In this document: piece after piece, positions 54,489 to 64,000 of the stretch
How the letters are laid out: each line of letters starts with the position of its first letter
Numbering within the stretch: position 1 is the first letter of the stretch
Source: Candidatus Methylomirabilota bacterium
Lineage (GTDB): Bacteria; Methylomirabilota; Methylomirabilia; Rokubacteriales; CSP1-6
Length of the DNA: 64,000 nt
Assembly: GCA_046723845.1 (NCBI GenBank)
Contig: JBKOVG010000065.1
Span: 2 to 64,001, forward strand
Reading direction: 5' to 3'
Notes under the pieces: model-generated
The model's input: the letters and a program-made list of their open reading frames with translations, nothing else
The model's database searches: none
What the model was told of the DNA's origin: nothing
Position numbers and translations under genes: made by a program

Positions 54489-55334
54489 ATGCCCAAGGTG
54501 CTGACGGAAGCGCAGATCAAGACTTTCGAGCGGGACGGATGTCTCTCGCCGGTCCGGGCGATGAGCGCCGAGCGCGCGCGTCACTATCGCGAGCGCTTCG
54601 AAGCGCTCGAGCGACGCGTCCCTGACATCAAGAAGATGAAGACGAAGTCGCACCTCCTCTGCCCATGGGTGCTGGAGATCGCCGAAGATCCCCACATCCT
54701 CGATATCTTCGAGGACCTGATCGGGCCCAATCTCCGCTGCTGGAGCATGGCCTGGCGGGTCAAGCAGCCCGACGGCGAGACCTTCGCCGGCTGGCACCAG
54801 GACTCGGCCTACGGCGCGGCCCTGCCCGTGGTGCTGGGCGGGCTGGCGCTGTCGGAGTGTGGCGTCCGGCACGGCTGTCTACGCGGCATCCCGGGCTCAC
54901 ACAAGTGGGGCATCCTGCGCCACGAGGAAAGCGACGATCCCCGGAGCATCCTGGCGAAGGGGCAGTACATCACGGAGCCGTTCGACGAAGCACAGGCCGT
55001 CGACTTTGCGCTCCAGCCGGGCGAGATGGTGATGTTCGACAACTCGCTCGTGCATGGCTCCGCGACGAATCACGGACTTGACCGGCGCTTCCTCCTCCTC
55101 GTGGAGATGTTCCCGACCTGGGCCAAGCCGCCGCGCGTCCGGCAGGCCGGCATGCTCGTACGCGGGGTCGACACCACGGGCAACTTCGACGACGAGCCCC
55201 GCCCCGACGCCGAGTGGTCACCGACCGCGTTGGCGAACTGGGCTGGGGTCGTCGAGAAGCGCGCCCGGCTCATCTTCGAGGACAGCCGCGTCGGACCCAG
55301 CGAGGCTTACGGGGGGACGCGCCCCGCACGATGA
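54489..55334 (+). CDS. Phytanoyl-CoA dioxygenase (PhyH) family protein
   Basis: FERDGCLSP..GWHQDSAY..GSHKWG..LVHGS. Confidence 0.8.
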   Translation: MPKVLTEAQIKTFERDGCLSPVRAMSAERARHYRERFEALERRVPDIKKMKTKSHLLCPWVLEIAEDPHILDIFEDLIGPNLRCWSMAWRVKQPDGETFAGWHQDSAYGAALPVVLGGLALSECGVRHGCLRGIPGSHKWGILRHEESDDPRSILAKGQYITEPFDEAQAVDFALQPGEMVMFDNSLVHGSATNHGLDRRFLLLVEMFPTWAKPPRVRQAGMLVRGVDTTGNFDDEPRPDAEWSPTALANWAGVVEKRARLIFEDSRVGPSEAYGGTRPAR

Positions 55335-55774
55335 GGCGGGTGTAGGTCAGAAGCGGCCATGACGCCCGGCGCCCTCGGCGAAGCGCTGGGCACCTTCCTG
55401 GCTCTCGCCGGTATCGTGGGTCGCTTTGCCCAGCGTGAACTCGTTGGCGAGCGCGTCCACAAGAGACAGATCGGTCCCTTCCCACGCTGAGCGCCGTACT
55501 CGTCGTTGTACGGGGCCAGGTCCTCCCGTTTGGTCAGATGCGTGGTCACCGTGAGCACGTTGTTGAGTGACGTGCCCGCGGCGGCCAGGATCATCTTGAT
55601 GCGCTCGAGGACGTTACGCGTCTGCTCCCGGATGTCTTTCCCGAGCTCACCGGTCACGGGATGCCGGCCCGTCTGGCCCGCGACGAACACGAGGTTGCCG
55701 AACCGCGTGGCCAGCGACAGGTTGGGATTGGTCGCGGCCATCTTCTCCACGCGAATGATCTCTTTCTTCGGCAT
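55307..55774 (-). pseudogene. RidA (YjgF/UK114) family gene truncated after ~95 aa and joined to non-RidA sequence
   Basis: LVFVAGQTG..IREQTRNVLERIKMILAAAGTSLNNVLTVTTHL..APYNDEYG, then the RidA C-terminus is lost. Another frame of 55345-55485 reads ..ATHDTGESQEGAQRFAEGAGRHGRF*, resembling a crotonase C-terminus. Confidence 0.5.
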
Positions 55775-55849
55775 GGCGTCCCTCCTGGGCGGCGATCCTG
55801 CCATAGGGCGAATGGCGGGTCAAAAGGCTCCCGGCGATACACTGAGAGC

Positions 55850-56959
55850 GTGGTGGACCGGCGCATCCTCTCCATCGACGTGTTCCGCGGGCTCACCGTG
55901 GCCGGCATGGTCCTCGTCAACAATCCCGGGACTTGGGGCGCCATCTACGCGCCGCTCCGTCACGCCGACTGGCACGGCTGGACGCCAACCGATCTCATCT
56001 TCCCGTTCTTCCTCTTCATCGTCGGCGTGGCCATTCCCCTCGCCCTCGGCCGGCGCCTCGAGGCAGATCCGCGGCCGGGGCGCCTCATCCCGCGCATCCT
56101 GCGGCGCTCGGCGATCATCTTCGCGCTCGGGCTCGTCCTCCACGCGGTGTCGAATCCCGACCTCGCCACCATCCGCATTCCCGGGGTGCTCCAGCGCATC
56201 GCCGTCTGCTATCTGGTCGCCGCGCTCCTCTTCGCGTTCACGGAGTGGCGCACGCAGGCGACGGTGGCCGCCGCCACGCTGGTCGGCTACTGGGCGCTTC
56301 TGAACCTCGTCTCCGTGCCGGGCTTCGGCGCCGGCGATCTCGGCAAGGAGGGCAACCTCGCCGCCTGGATAGACCGGGCGCTGCTGGGTCCGCACATCTG
56401 GTATCTCGGGCGCGTCTACGATCCCGAGGGCATCCTCAGCACGCTGCCCGCCATCGCCACCACGCTCTTCGGCGTCCTCACGGGCCGGTTCGTGCGGGCG
56501 GCCCCCTCGACGACGGCGGCGGTCAAGGGCCTCGCGTGGAGCGGCGGCGCCGGCGTCGTGATCGGCCTCGCGTGGGGGCGGCTCTTTCCCATCAACAAGG
56601 CGCTCTGGACCAGCTCCTACGCGGTGTTCACGGCGGGCGCGGCGCTGCTCGTGCTGGCCGCCTGCTTCTGGCTGATCGAGGTCAAGGGCTCCACGTGGTG
56701 GACGACGCCCTTCGTCATCCTGGGCGTCAATGCCCTCGCCGTTTTCTTCCTCTCCACGCTCCTGACGATCGCGCTCGCGCGCGTGCACGTGCTGGATGGA
56801 GGTCAGTCGCGCACGCTCCAGGCCGTGCTGTACGAGCATCTCTTGGCGCCGTGGCTCCAGCCGGCGGCCGCCTCGCTCGCGTGGGCGCTCGGGAATGTGC
56901 TGCTGTGGCTCGCGGCGATGTGGGCGCTCTACCGGAAAGGCATCCGGGTCACCGTCTGA
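55850..56959 (+). CDS. Acyltransferase-family membrane protein (DUF1624/DUF5009, HGSNAT-like)
   Basis: RILSIDVFRGLTVAGMVLVNNPG.W..YAPL.HA.WHGWT..DLIFPFFLFIVG. Confidence 0.75.
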   Translation: MVDRRILSIDVFRGLTVAGMVLVNNPGTWGAIYAPLRHADWHGWTPTDLIFPFFLFIVGVAIPLALGRRLEADPRPGRLIPRILRRSAIIFALGLVLHAVSNPDLATIRIPGVLQRIAVCYLVAALLFAFTEWRTQATVAAATLVGYWALLNLVSVPGFGAGDLGKEGNLAAWIDRALLGPHIWYLGRVYDPEGILSTLPAIATTLFGVLTGRFVRAAPSTTAAVKGLAWSGGAGVVIGLAWGRLFPINKALWTSSYAVFTAGAALLVLAACFWLIEVKGSTWWTTPFVILGVNALAVFFLSTLLTIALARVHVLDGGQSRTLQAVLYEHLLAPWLQPAAASLAWALGNVLLWLAAMWALYRKGIRVTV

Positions 56960-57010
56960 AAGAACGGCGGCGTGAGCCCGGGCCCACGCCGCCTTCTTGT
57001 ACCGCTTCGC

Positions 57011-59344
57011 TCAGACCTTGAGCTGATCGCGGATGGGCAGGTTGCGGATGCGCTTGCCCGTGGCCGCGAAGATGGCGTTGCAGAGCGCGGGCGGCACCGG
57101 CGGCACGCCCGGCTCACCCACGCCGCCCATCGGCTTGCCGTAGTCCCCCGGGATGATGTGCACCCGGATCTCCCGGGGCGCGGCCGCCATGCGTGTGATC
57201 TCGTAGGTGTTGAAGTTGTCCTGCACGGCGCGGCCGTCCTTGAAGCTCATCTCGCCGAGGGTGGCCACGCTCACCCCCATGACGCAGGCGCCCTGCATCT
57301 GCGCCCGCACGCGGTCGGGATTCACGGTGGCGCCGCAGTCCACCGCGATGTCCACGCGCGGGATGGTCACCACCCCGTTCTTGTCCACGGCCACCTCCAC
57401 CACGGAGGCGACGTAGCTCACGAAGCTGTAGTGGGCGGCGATGCCGAGGCCGCGGCCCTTGGGCAGCTTGCGGCCCCAGCCCGCTTCCTTGGCAGCCGTC
57501 TCCACCACGCGGCGGAGACGTCCCGTGTCCACCGGATACCGCTCCGGCGACTCGCCGTGATTCCAGGTGTCCTTGAGCGCCTCGGGACTGACCACGCGCG
57601 GCGGCCCGATCACCTCGAGGAGGAAGTCCTTCTGATCACGCCCGGCCGCCGCGGCCAGCTCGGCCACGAAGGATTGCACGGCGAAGGCGTGCGGGATGTT
57701 GGACACGGAGCGGAACCAGCCGATGCGCGTGTGCGCCTCCGCCGGAGGATTCTCGATGCGCACGTTGGGAATGGCGAAGGGCACGTTGATCACGCCCATG
57801 CCGAGCTCGAGGGCGTGCTCCTGCTTCGGATCCGGCGCGAAGGTGGAGAAGATGGTGGGGGCCACGGTCCGGTGGAGCCAGGCCACCGGCTTGCCCTGGG
57901 CGTCGACGCCCGCCTCCAGATGCTCCACGGAGACGGTGTGGAAGTAGGTGTGCTGCAGGTCGTCCTCGCGCGTCCACGTCACCTTCACCGGCTTGCCGTC
58001 CATGGCCTTGGAGCAGAGCGCCGCCTCCACCGCGAAGTCGGGCTTGGACTTCCGCCCGAAGCCACCGCCGAGGAGCGTGACGTTCACGGTGACGTCGTCG
58101 GGGGACATGCCGAGCCGCTTCGCCACGCGATCGCGCGTAGCCTGCGGCGACTGCACGCACCCCCAGACCTCGCACTTGCCTCCCGTGATGCGCACGGTGG
58201 CCGCGGGCGGCTCCATGGGCGCGTGCGCGAGATGCGGGATGTAGTACTCGGCGGTGATGCGCTTGGCCGCGCTGGCGGCCGCCGCGTCGAAGTCGCCGTC
58301 GTTGCGCACGACCTTGCCGGGCTTGCGTGAGGCCTCCTCGAGCGTGGTCTTGTAGGCCACGGAGTCGTAGCTCGCGTTGGGGCCGTCGTCCCACGCGAGC
58401 TTGAGCGCCTTGCGCCCCTGGATGGCCGCCCAGGTGTTGGTGGCGATGACGGCGACGCCGCCCAGCGGATTGAACTCGGGCGGCCCCGCCGTGGGCTCGA
58501 TCTCCACCACCTTCACCACCCCGGGCACCTTGAGCGTCTCTGCCGAGTCCACGCTCTTGACCTTGCCGCCGAACACCGGCGGGTGCGCCACCACCGCATA
58601 GAGCTGGCCGTCGAGGCGCGTGTCCATGCCGTACTTCGCCTTGCCCGTGACGATGTCGCGACCGTCCACGAGCTTGAGCTGGCCCTTGCCGATGTAGCGG
58701 AACTGCGACGGATCCTTGAGCTTCACGGAGTCGCGCGAGGGCACGGGCTGGGCCGCGGCAGCCTTGGCGAGCGCCCCGTAGCCGAGGCGTCGGCCGCTCG
58801 CCTTGTGCACCACCTCGTGGTTCTTCGCCTCCACTTGGCTCACGGGCACGCCCCACTGGGCGGCGGCGGCGGCCTCCAGCATGGTGCGCGCGGCGGCGCC
58901 GCAGCGGCGCATGGGCTCGAAGAAGTGCCGCGTGCTGCGCGAGCCGTCGGTGTCCTGGTTGCCATAGCGCTTCTCGTCGCCCGTGGCCTGCACCACGCGC
59001 ACGCGCTTCCAGTCCGCCTCCAGCTCGTCGGCCACGATCATGGGCATGCCCGTGCGCACACCCTGCCCCATCTCGGAGCGGTGGCACACGATGGACACGG
59101 TGCCGTCATCGCCGATGGCCACGAAGACCAGCGGATCGTCCACCCAGCCGTGGGGCATACCGTCCGCGCCGTACTTCGGGGGGTCGGCGGCGCGGGCGAG
59201 CGACGGGAAGCCGGCGGCGAGCACGAAGCCGCCCAGCGCAGTGACGCCCTGGAGGAAGCGCCGGCGGCTGACGTTGGCGATCAGGAGGGGTCGGTCGACC
59301 GACACGTCACCAGCGAGACCGGGGAGCGGCAGCCGCGGGCTCAC
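57011..59344 (-). CDS. Molybdopterin-binding subunit of xanthine-dehydrogenase-family oxidoreductase (IorB/aldehyde oxidase-like), Tat signal
   Basis: [14 protein letters not shown]; [12 protein letters not shown]; GGGFGRK. GTGA overlap with the upstream 2Fe-2S gene. Confidence 0.9.
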   Translation of the reverse strand: MSPRLPLPGLAGDVSVDRPLLIANVSRRRFLQGVTALGGFVLAAGFPSLARAADPPKYGADGMPHGWVDDPLVFVAIGDDGTVSIVCHRSEMGQGVRTGMPMIVADELEADWKRVRVVQATGDEKRYGNQDTDGSRSTRHFFEPMRRCGAAARTMLEAAAAAQWGVPVSQVEAKNHEVVHKASGRRLGYGALAKAAAAQPVPSRDSVKLKDPSQFRYIGKGQLKLVDGRDIVTGKAKYGMDTRLDGQLYAVVAHPPVFGGKVKSVDSAETLKVPGVVKVVEIEPTAGPPEFNPLGGVAVIATNTWAAIQGRKALKLAWDDGPNASYDSVAYKTTLEEASRKPGKVVRNDGDFDAAAASAAKRITAEYYIPHLAHAPMEPPAATVRITGGKCEVWGCVQSPQATRDRVAKRLGMSPDDVTVNVTLLGGGFGRKSKPDFAVEAALCSKAMDGKPVKVTWTREDDLQHTYFHTVSVEHLEAGVDAQGKPVAWLHRTVAPTIFSTFAPDPKQEHALELGMGVINVPFAIPNVRIENPPAEAHTRIGWFRSVSNIPHAFAVQSFVAELAAAAGRDQKDFLLEVIGPPRVVSPEALKDTWNHGESPERYPVDTGRLRRVVETAAKEAGWGRKLPKGRGLGIAAHYSFVSYVASVVEVAVDKNGVVTIPRVDIAVDCGATVNPDRVRAQMQGACVMGVSVATLGEMSFKDGRAVQDNFNTYEITRMAAAPREIRVHIIPGDYGKPMGGVGEPGVPPVPPALCNAIFAATGKRIRNLPIRDQLKV

Positions 59345-59808
59345 TTCGTCGCTCCCTGCTGCGCCGACGCCTGCTTGATGGCGGAGCGGATCCGCGTGTA
59401 GGTGCCGCACCGGCAGATGTTACCGGACATGGCTTCGTCGATCTGCGCATCGGTGGGCTTGCTGGTGCGCTTGAGGAGCGCGGTGGCGGACATGAGCTGC
59501 CCCGCCTGGCAGTAGCCGCACTGAGGCACGCCCATCTCCACCCAGGCCGCCTGCAGCGAGCGCCCCACCCTGTCCGCCTCGAGCCCTTCGATGGTGACGA
59601 TCTTGGTGTTGGCAACCGCGGAGATGGGTGTGGAGCAGGAGCGCACGGGCTGGCCGTTGACGTGCACGGTGCAGGCGCCGCAGAGGGCCATGCCGCAGCC
59701 GAACTTGGTGCCCGTCATCCCGAGCTGATCGCGCAGCGTCCACAAGAGCGGGGTGTCGTCGGGCAGGTCGACGTTGTAGCGTTTGCCGTTGATGTCGAGC
59801 GAGGTCAT
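59341..59808 (-). CDS. (2Fe-2S)-binding small subunit of the same dehydrogenase
   Basis: [12 protein letters not shown]..; CGYCQAG..; NICRCGTY. Confidence 0.9.
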   Translation of the reverse strand: MTSLDINGKRYNVDLPDDTPLLWTLRDQLGMTGTKFGCGMALCGACTVHVNGQPVRSCSTPISAVANTKIVTIEGLEADRVGRSLQAAWVEMGVPQCGYCQAGQLMSATALLKRTSKPTDAQIDEAMSGNICRCGTYTRIRSAIKQASAQQGATK

Positions 59809-59939
59809 CGCCGTCCTCCTCCCATCAGGTCGCTTACGAAACGTCGCGCGCGTTTGGACCGTCCCCCCGTTGGGTCGGGACGCGCCACGGGCCGATACTA
59901 CACCTGAACCCCGCGGACCACGTCAGTCCCCCGGGCTGG

Positions 59940-60743
59940 TCAGGGCAACGGGATGCGCGACGGCATCCCGGTCTGCACGGTGAGGCCGCCGTCCGCCACG
60001 AAGGCCGCGCCCGTCACGTACGAGGCGAGGTCGGAGGCGAGGAACATGATCACGTTGGCCATCTCCTCCGGGCGGCCGAGGCGGCGCATGGGTATCTGCT
60101 CGAGGGTGCCGTCGGCGAAACCCGCGATGGACAGCGAGGGCCGGAGCAGTGGCGTGTCGATGGCGCCGGGGCAGACGCAGTTCACGCGGATGTTCCGCCC
60201 CGCGTACTCGATGGCCGTCACTCGGGTGAGGTTGATCACGCCCGCTTTGGCCGCGTTGTAGGCGCCGATGGCATAGTCGGCGAAGAGCCCGGAGATGGAG
60301 GCGGTGTTCACGATGGCCCCGCCGCCGCGCTTGAGCAGCTCGGGAATGGCCCGCTTGGTGGCGCGGAACACGCTGGTGAGCCCGATGTTGATGACGTGCG
60401 CCCACACCTGCTCGTCCAGCTCGCCCGTGAAGGCGAGGCGGCTTTGCCCCGGGGGGAGTGGAGGCTGGCCGAAGGCGTTGTTGTGGAGGATGTCGAGGCC
60501 GCCGAAGGCCTCCACGGTGCCGCCCACCATGGCCTCGATGCCCGCCAGTGTCCCCGCGTCGGCCGCGATGGCCACGGCCTTGCCTCCCGATCCAGTGATC
60601 TCCGCCGTCACCGCCTCCGCTTTCGCGCGGTCCAGATCCGCCACTGCCACCTGCGCCCCGCGCGCCGCGAATCCCATGGTGGTCGCCCGGCCGATGCCCG
60701 AGCCCGCTCCCGATACCAGCGCCACCTTGCCGTCGAAGCGCAT
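59940..60743 (-). CDS. SDR family oxidoreductase
   Basis: VSGAGSGIGRAT..NNAF..YNAAKAG. Confidence 0.9.
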   Translation of the reverse strand: MRFDGKVALVSGAGSGIGRATTMGFAARGAQVAVADLDRAKAEAVTAEITGSGGKAVAIAADAGTLAGIEAMVGGTVEAFGGLDILHNNAFGQPPLPPGQSRLAFTGELDEQVWAHVINIGLTSVFRATKRAIPELLKRGGGAIVNTASISGLFADYAIGAYNAAKAGVINLTRVTAIEYAGRNIRVNCVCPGAIDTPLLRPSLSIAGFADGTLEQIPMRRLGRPEEMANVIMFLASDLASYVTGAAFVADGGLTVQTGMPSRIPLP

Positions 60744-60788
60744 GTCCCGTCCTCTCGGGCGGCATTAGGAACCCGGCGCCCCAGTGTG

Positions 60789-61121
60789 TCAAGGAATGAT
60801 CACGTGCTCCTCCACCACGAAGGCCTTGATGCGTCCGATGAAGAGCGCGCCGTCGGCGAAGAGGGCCTTGGCCTCCGACGAGGCGTGCGCGCGGGCCATG
60901 GCCGCGCGGTCGTCGTACCAGAGCTCCGCGATGCCGTCGACCTCGATCTCCGTGGTGGGAATGTCCGGGCGCGTCGGCTCTTCGCGGATGTGCGACTGCA
61001 CGTAGCGCCGGAGCCCCGGCACCGCGTGGGCGAGCGGCGCGTGGATCTCGACCCAGTGGCGCATGAACTGCTCGTGGGTCAGCCCGGCCTTGCGCGTGAG
61101 CAGCGAGATGCTCTTGATCAC
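60789..61121 (-). CDS. EthD-family protein
   Basis: MIKSISLLTRKAGLTHEQFMRHWVEIHAPL..; 110 aa. Confidence 0.8.
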   Translation of the reverse strand: MIKSISLLTRKAGLTHEQFMRHWVEIHAPLAHAVPGLRRYVQSHIREEPTRPDIPTTEIEVDGIAELWYDDRAAMARAHASSEAKALFADGALFIGRIKAFVVEEHVIIP

Positions 61122-61143
61122 CGGCGTCCCTCCTTCGTGGCCA

Positions 61144-61842
61144 TCACGTTCGCGTCGAGAAGAGGTGGAACAGCGTCTTGTCGCGCCACCGGGCGACCAT
61201 GTCGAGCGGGCTCACCCCCGTGGCGTCGCGCAGGGTCGGATCGGCGCCGTGGCGGAGGAGCAGCTCCACGTATCGCCGATCGCTGCGCTTCTTCACCAGT
61301 GCGTGGAGCGCCGTCGTGCCCTTCGAGTTCTGGAAGTTCACGTTGGCGCCGTGATGCAGGAGCCGCTCCGCGGCTTTGAAGCGGCTCCACTTGATCGCAC
61401 CGAGGAAGGGTGTCTCGTCTTCCGCGACAGGGTCGAGGCGGGCGCCCGCCTTGACGAGGAGGTCGATGGCCTCCACGTCGTCGTGAAAGCCCGCCGTCCA
61501 GAGGCAGTACTCCGGCGAGGAGCCGCGCTTCAGGAGGAGCTTCGCCAGGGGCAGGTTGCGGCCCCGGCTGAGCGCATACCAGAGCGCGGTGGCCCTGAAG
61601 GCGCCGCGTCCCTCGACGAAGGCGGGCTCGTTGACGTCGAGCCCGCGATCGAGGAGGAGCCGGGCCAGGGCGAGCGAGCTGGCCGAGGTCTTCTCGCTCG
61701 CAGGAAGGCCACAGAGGAAGTGGAGCGCGTTGCGGCGCCGCTCGTCCTTCACCTGCGCGAGCTCGGGCTGGGCATCGAGCAGCGCGGAGACCGCCTCCAC
61801 GTCGAGGGCCTTGATGGCGTTGAAGAGCCGCGTTTTGCTCAT
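61144..61842 (-). CDS. Ankyrin-repeat protein
   Basis: Repeated ..G.TALH.A......V.LLL..GADP/VN.. units. Confidence 0.8.
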   Translation of the reverse strand: MSKTRLFNAIKALDVEAVSALLDAQPELAQVKDERRRNALHFLCGLPASEKTSASSLALARLLLDRGLDVNEPAFVEGRGAFRATALWYALSRGRNLPLAKLLLKRGSSPEYCLWTAGFHDDVEAIDLLVKAGARLDPVAEDETPFLGAIKWSRFKAAERLLHHGANVNFQNSKGTTALHALVKKRSDRRYVELLLRHGADPTLRDATGVSPLDMVARWRDKTLFHLFSTRT

Positions 61843-61846
61843 GGTC

Positions 61847-63415
61847 TCACTCCCCGTCGGGCACGCCGGCCCGTCGCAACGTGTCCTGCACCGCCTCGCT
61901 CCCCCTCACCTGACGGGGGAGCCGCGCGCCCGCCGCGATGAGCAGTTCCACGATGGCGGGGTAGTCGCCGTGATCGATCTCCTCGGGCAGCTTCATGCCG
62001 ATGCCACCGAAGACGTCGTGACAGTTCAGCGAGCCGTGGATGGCCGTGTCGAGCGCGTCGCCGCCGTAGCGGTTGACCTGGTGGATGTCCGCGCCGCGCT
62101 CCACGAGCAGCCGCGCCGCCTCCGCGCTCCCCCGCCAGACCGCCCAGTGGAGCGGCGGCGTCTCGTCGAGTCCGCCCAGCGCGTTCGGATCGGCGCCGGC
62201 GTCGAGGAGTCGGCGGACGTCCGTCACGTCGTTTCGCCCCGCCGCGTAGCACAGCACGTCGGGGTCGAGACCGTTCCGCTTCCGATCGTCCGCGGCGAGG
62301 CTCGCCTCGTCCGCTCCCGCACCCAGGAGCAGTCGCGCCACGTCCTCCCGGCCGTTGCGGACGGCGGACCGGAAGGGCGTGAGACCGAGATCGTCCCGGG
62401 CGTTGGGGTCGCCGCCCGCCTCCACGAGGAGCCGCACGATGGGGAGGCTGCGCCCGTACACCACCGCGCGATGGAGATGCGTCCGGTCGTGCATCCAGGG
62501 GATGCGGAAGTTGGGATCGGCGCCGTGACGGAGATAGAGCTCGACCCCGGTCGGGTTCTCGAAGTCGAGCATGCGCGCCAGGCAGTACGAGACGCGCTTG
62601 GGATGGAGCGGCGGACGCGCCTCCAGGAGGAGGCGGAGGCAGGTCACGTCGGCGAACTCGGAGGCGTGATAGAGCGCCTCGAGCCCGCACGATTCGGCGC
62701 CATCCCCGGGCTTGCCGTGCAGTTCGTTCACGTCGGCTCCCGCGGTCAGGAGCATCCGCGTCAGCTCGGCGTTGTTGGCGATGCCCGCCGCTCCGTAGAG
62801 GCTGGTCTGGACCCACGTCTCGCTCCCCTCGTGGTGGAGGAAGTGGGCGTTGACGTCGGCGCCGCGGTCGAGGAGGAGCCGCACCACGCGCACGATCCCC
62901 GCCGCCCGCCGCGCGTCGCTGCGCAGGAAACGGGAGAAGCAGGCGTAGAGGATGGGCTCGCGCGCGAGCGGGCCGCCCCGGCCGCGGGCGAGCGCGGGAT
63001 CGCGATCGAGGACGCGCGCCACCTCCGGGTCGGCGCCCGAGACGCACGCCGTGTAGAGATCGAAGCTCTCGAGGGAGGGATCGGAGGCCAGGAGCATCGA
63101 GGCCTGGCGCATGTCGCCCGAGCAGGCGGCGCGCACGAGCAACGAGGCGCGCGCACGAGCCTCGAGCTGCCGCGTCTCCACGAGCTGCTTCCAGCGTGGC
63201 CAGCTCGCCACGCCGTACTCGCGCGCGATCACGAGCTGGGCGTCGTGGAGCGCGGGCTGCGCGATGCCGCCGGCACGGAAGCGCGGGTGATGCGCGCGAA
63301 AGCGCTCCCCGGCGTCGGCGTCGCCGCGGCGAACGGCCTCCAGGAGCGCACGGGCCTGCTTGCGGTCGAACTCGAGCGACGGGCGGGGCGGGATCGGTCG
63401 GCTGGGCATGGACAC
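61847..63415 (-). CDS. Ankyrin-repeat protein (large, N-terminal non-ANK region)
   Basis: Multiple LLLD.GADVN / LLV..GADI repeats; 522 aa. Confidence 0.75.
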   Translation of the reverse strand: MSMPSRPIPPRPSLEFDRKQARALLEAVRRGDADAGERFRAHHPRFRAGGIAQPALHDAQLVIAREYGVASWPRWKQLVETRQLEARARASLLVRAACSGDMRQASMLLASDPSLESFDLYTACVSGADPEVARVLDRDPALARGRGGPLAREPILYACFSRFLRSDARRAAGIVRVVRLLLDRGADVNAHFLHHEGSETWVQTSLYGAAGIANNAELTRMLLTAGADVNELHGKPGDGAESCGLEALYHASEFADVTCLRLLLEARPPLHPKRVSYCLARMLDFENPTGVELYLRHGADPNFRIPWMHDRTHLHRAVVYGRSLPIVRLLVEAGGDPNARDDLGLTPFRSAVRNGREDVARLLLGAGADEASLAADDRKRNGLDPDVLCYAAGRNDVTDVRRLLDAGADPNALGGLDETPPLHWAVWRGSAEAARLLVERGADIHQVNRYGGDALDTAIHGSLNCHDVFGGIGMKLPEEIDHGDYPAIVELLIAAGARLPRQVRGSEAVQDTLRRAGVPDGE

Positions 63416-63584
63416 GGCCTCCTTCCAGTTGGCCGGTCGTCCGCATGCCGGGCGCTGAAGGAGTCATGACCGCCAGCGCGCGTCTAGAACCGTCGCAGGT
63501 GGGACACTCCCTTCACGCGGACCGTGGGTCGCCTGATCGACCGAGCCCGAGTATACGCCGACTCCCCGAGGTATGCTCGGGGCG

Positions 63585-64000
63585 ATGCCCGAGCTCCCCG
63601 AGGTCGAATGCGGCCGCCGCATCGCCATGAAGGTTGCCCAGGGCCGCCGCATCGTGGAGGCCCGCTGCGCCGACGATCCCATCGTTTTCGAAGGCGTGGC
63701 GCCCGCCCGCTTCCGTCGCGCCCTCGTGGGCCGCCGCGTGCGGGCAGTGCGCCGCCACGGCAAGCACCTCTGGTTCGAGCTCGACCGCCGGCCGTGGCCG
63801 TGTCTCCACTTCGGCATGACGGGCGGCTTCCACACCGCGCCGGGCGGGCCGCGCGTCAGGCTCAAATCGAGCCGGAAACGACCGGATCACGCGTGGCCGC
63901 CGCACTTCACCAAGCTCCACCTCGTGTTCGACGACGGCGGCGAGCTCGTGCTCGCCGATGCACGGCGGCTCGGCCGCATCCGCCTCCGCCACGATCCCGC
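63585..64000 (+). CDS. mutM: Formamidopyrimidine-DNA glycosylase (Fpg/MutM), 5' part (runs off window end)
   Basis: Own translation: MPELPEVECGRR..RHGKHLWFEL..LHFGMTGG. This is the canonical Fpg N-terminus (PELPEVE). Confidence 0.85.
   Translation, partial: MPELPEVECGRRIAMKVAQGRRIVEARCADDPIVFEGVAPARFRRALVGRRVRAVRRHGKHLWFELDRRPWPCLHFGMTGGFHTAPGGPRVRLKSSRKRPDHAWPPHFTKLHLVFDDGGELVLADARRLGRIRLRHDP

Overview
High-GC bacterial chromosomal window, roughly 68-70 % GC by eye (not computed). No rRNA, tRNA or CRISPR array was recognised. Most of it (1-18.7 kb and 35.1-64 kb) looks like core metabolism and housekeeping:
- LLM/F420-type oxidoreductases, SDRs, acyl-CoA dehydrogenases and alpha/beta hydrolases
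- a two-subunit molybdopterin dehydrogenase
- pqiA-pqiA-pqiB
- an ECF sigma / anti-sigma pair next to a HAMP adenylate cyclase
- partial Top6B and Fpg genes at the two window edges

The main finding is a ~16.3 kb co-oriented, visibly more AT-rich block at 18.8-35.1 kb. Every intergenic gap in it holds one 58-97 bp imperfect palindrome that starts ...AAC and ends GTT.... In most cases the GTT-proximal bases of one site are the exact reverse complement of the AAC-proximal bases of the next site. That is the circular-permutation signature of integron gene cassettes. I therefore read the block as a 14-cassette integron array with no integrase in the window (CALIN-like). The cassettes carry:
- five divergent orphan ABC-type substrate-binding proteins
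- a 3.5 kb STAND-type adenylate cyclase
- a DUF433/DUF5615 toxin-antitoxin pair
- methyltransferases
- several decayed genes

The block is bracketed by ~96 bp direct repeats derived from the 3' end of the adjacent dipeptidase gene.

Other notable items:
- a peroxiredoxin-like gene with an in-frame TGA at the catalytic Cys position and a SECIS-like hairpin (candidate selenoprotein)
- a 207 bp MITE-like palindrome flanked by TA
- a small low-GC two-gene insertion
- several gene remnants
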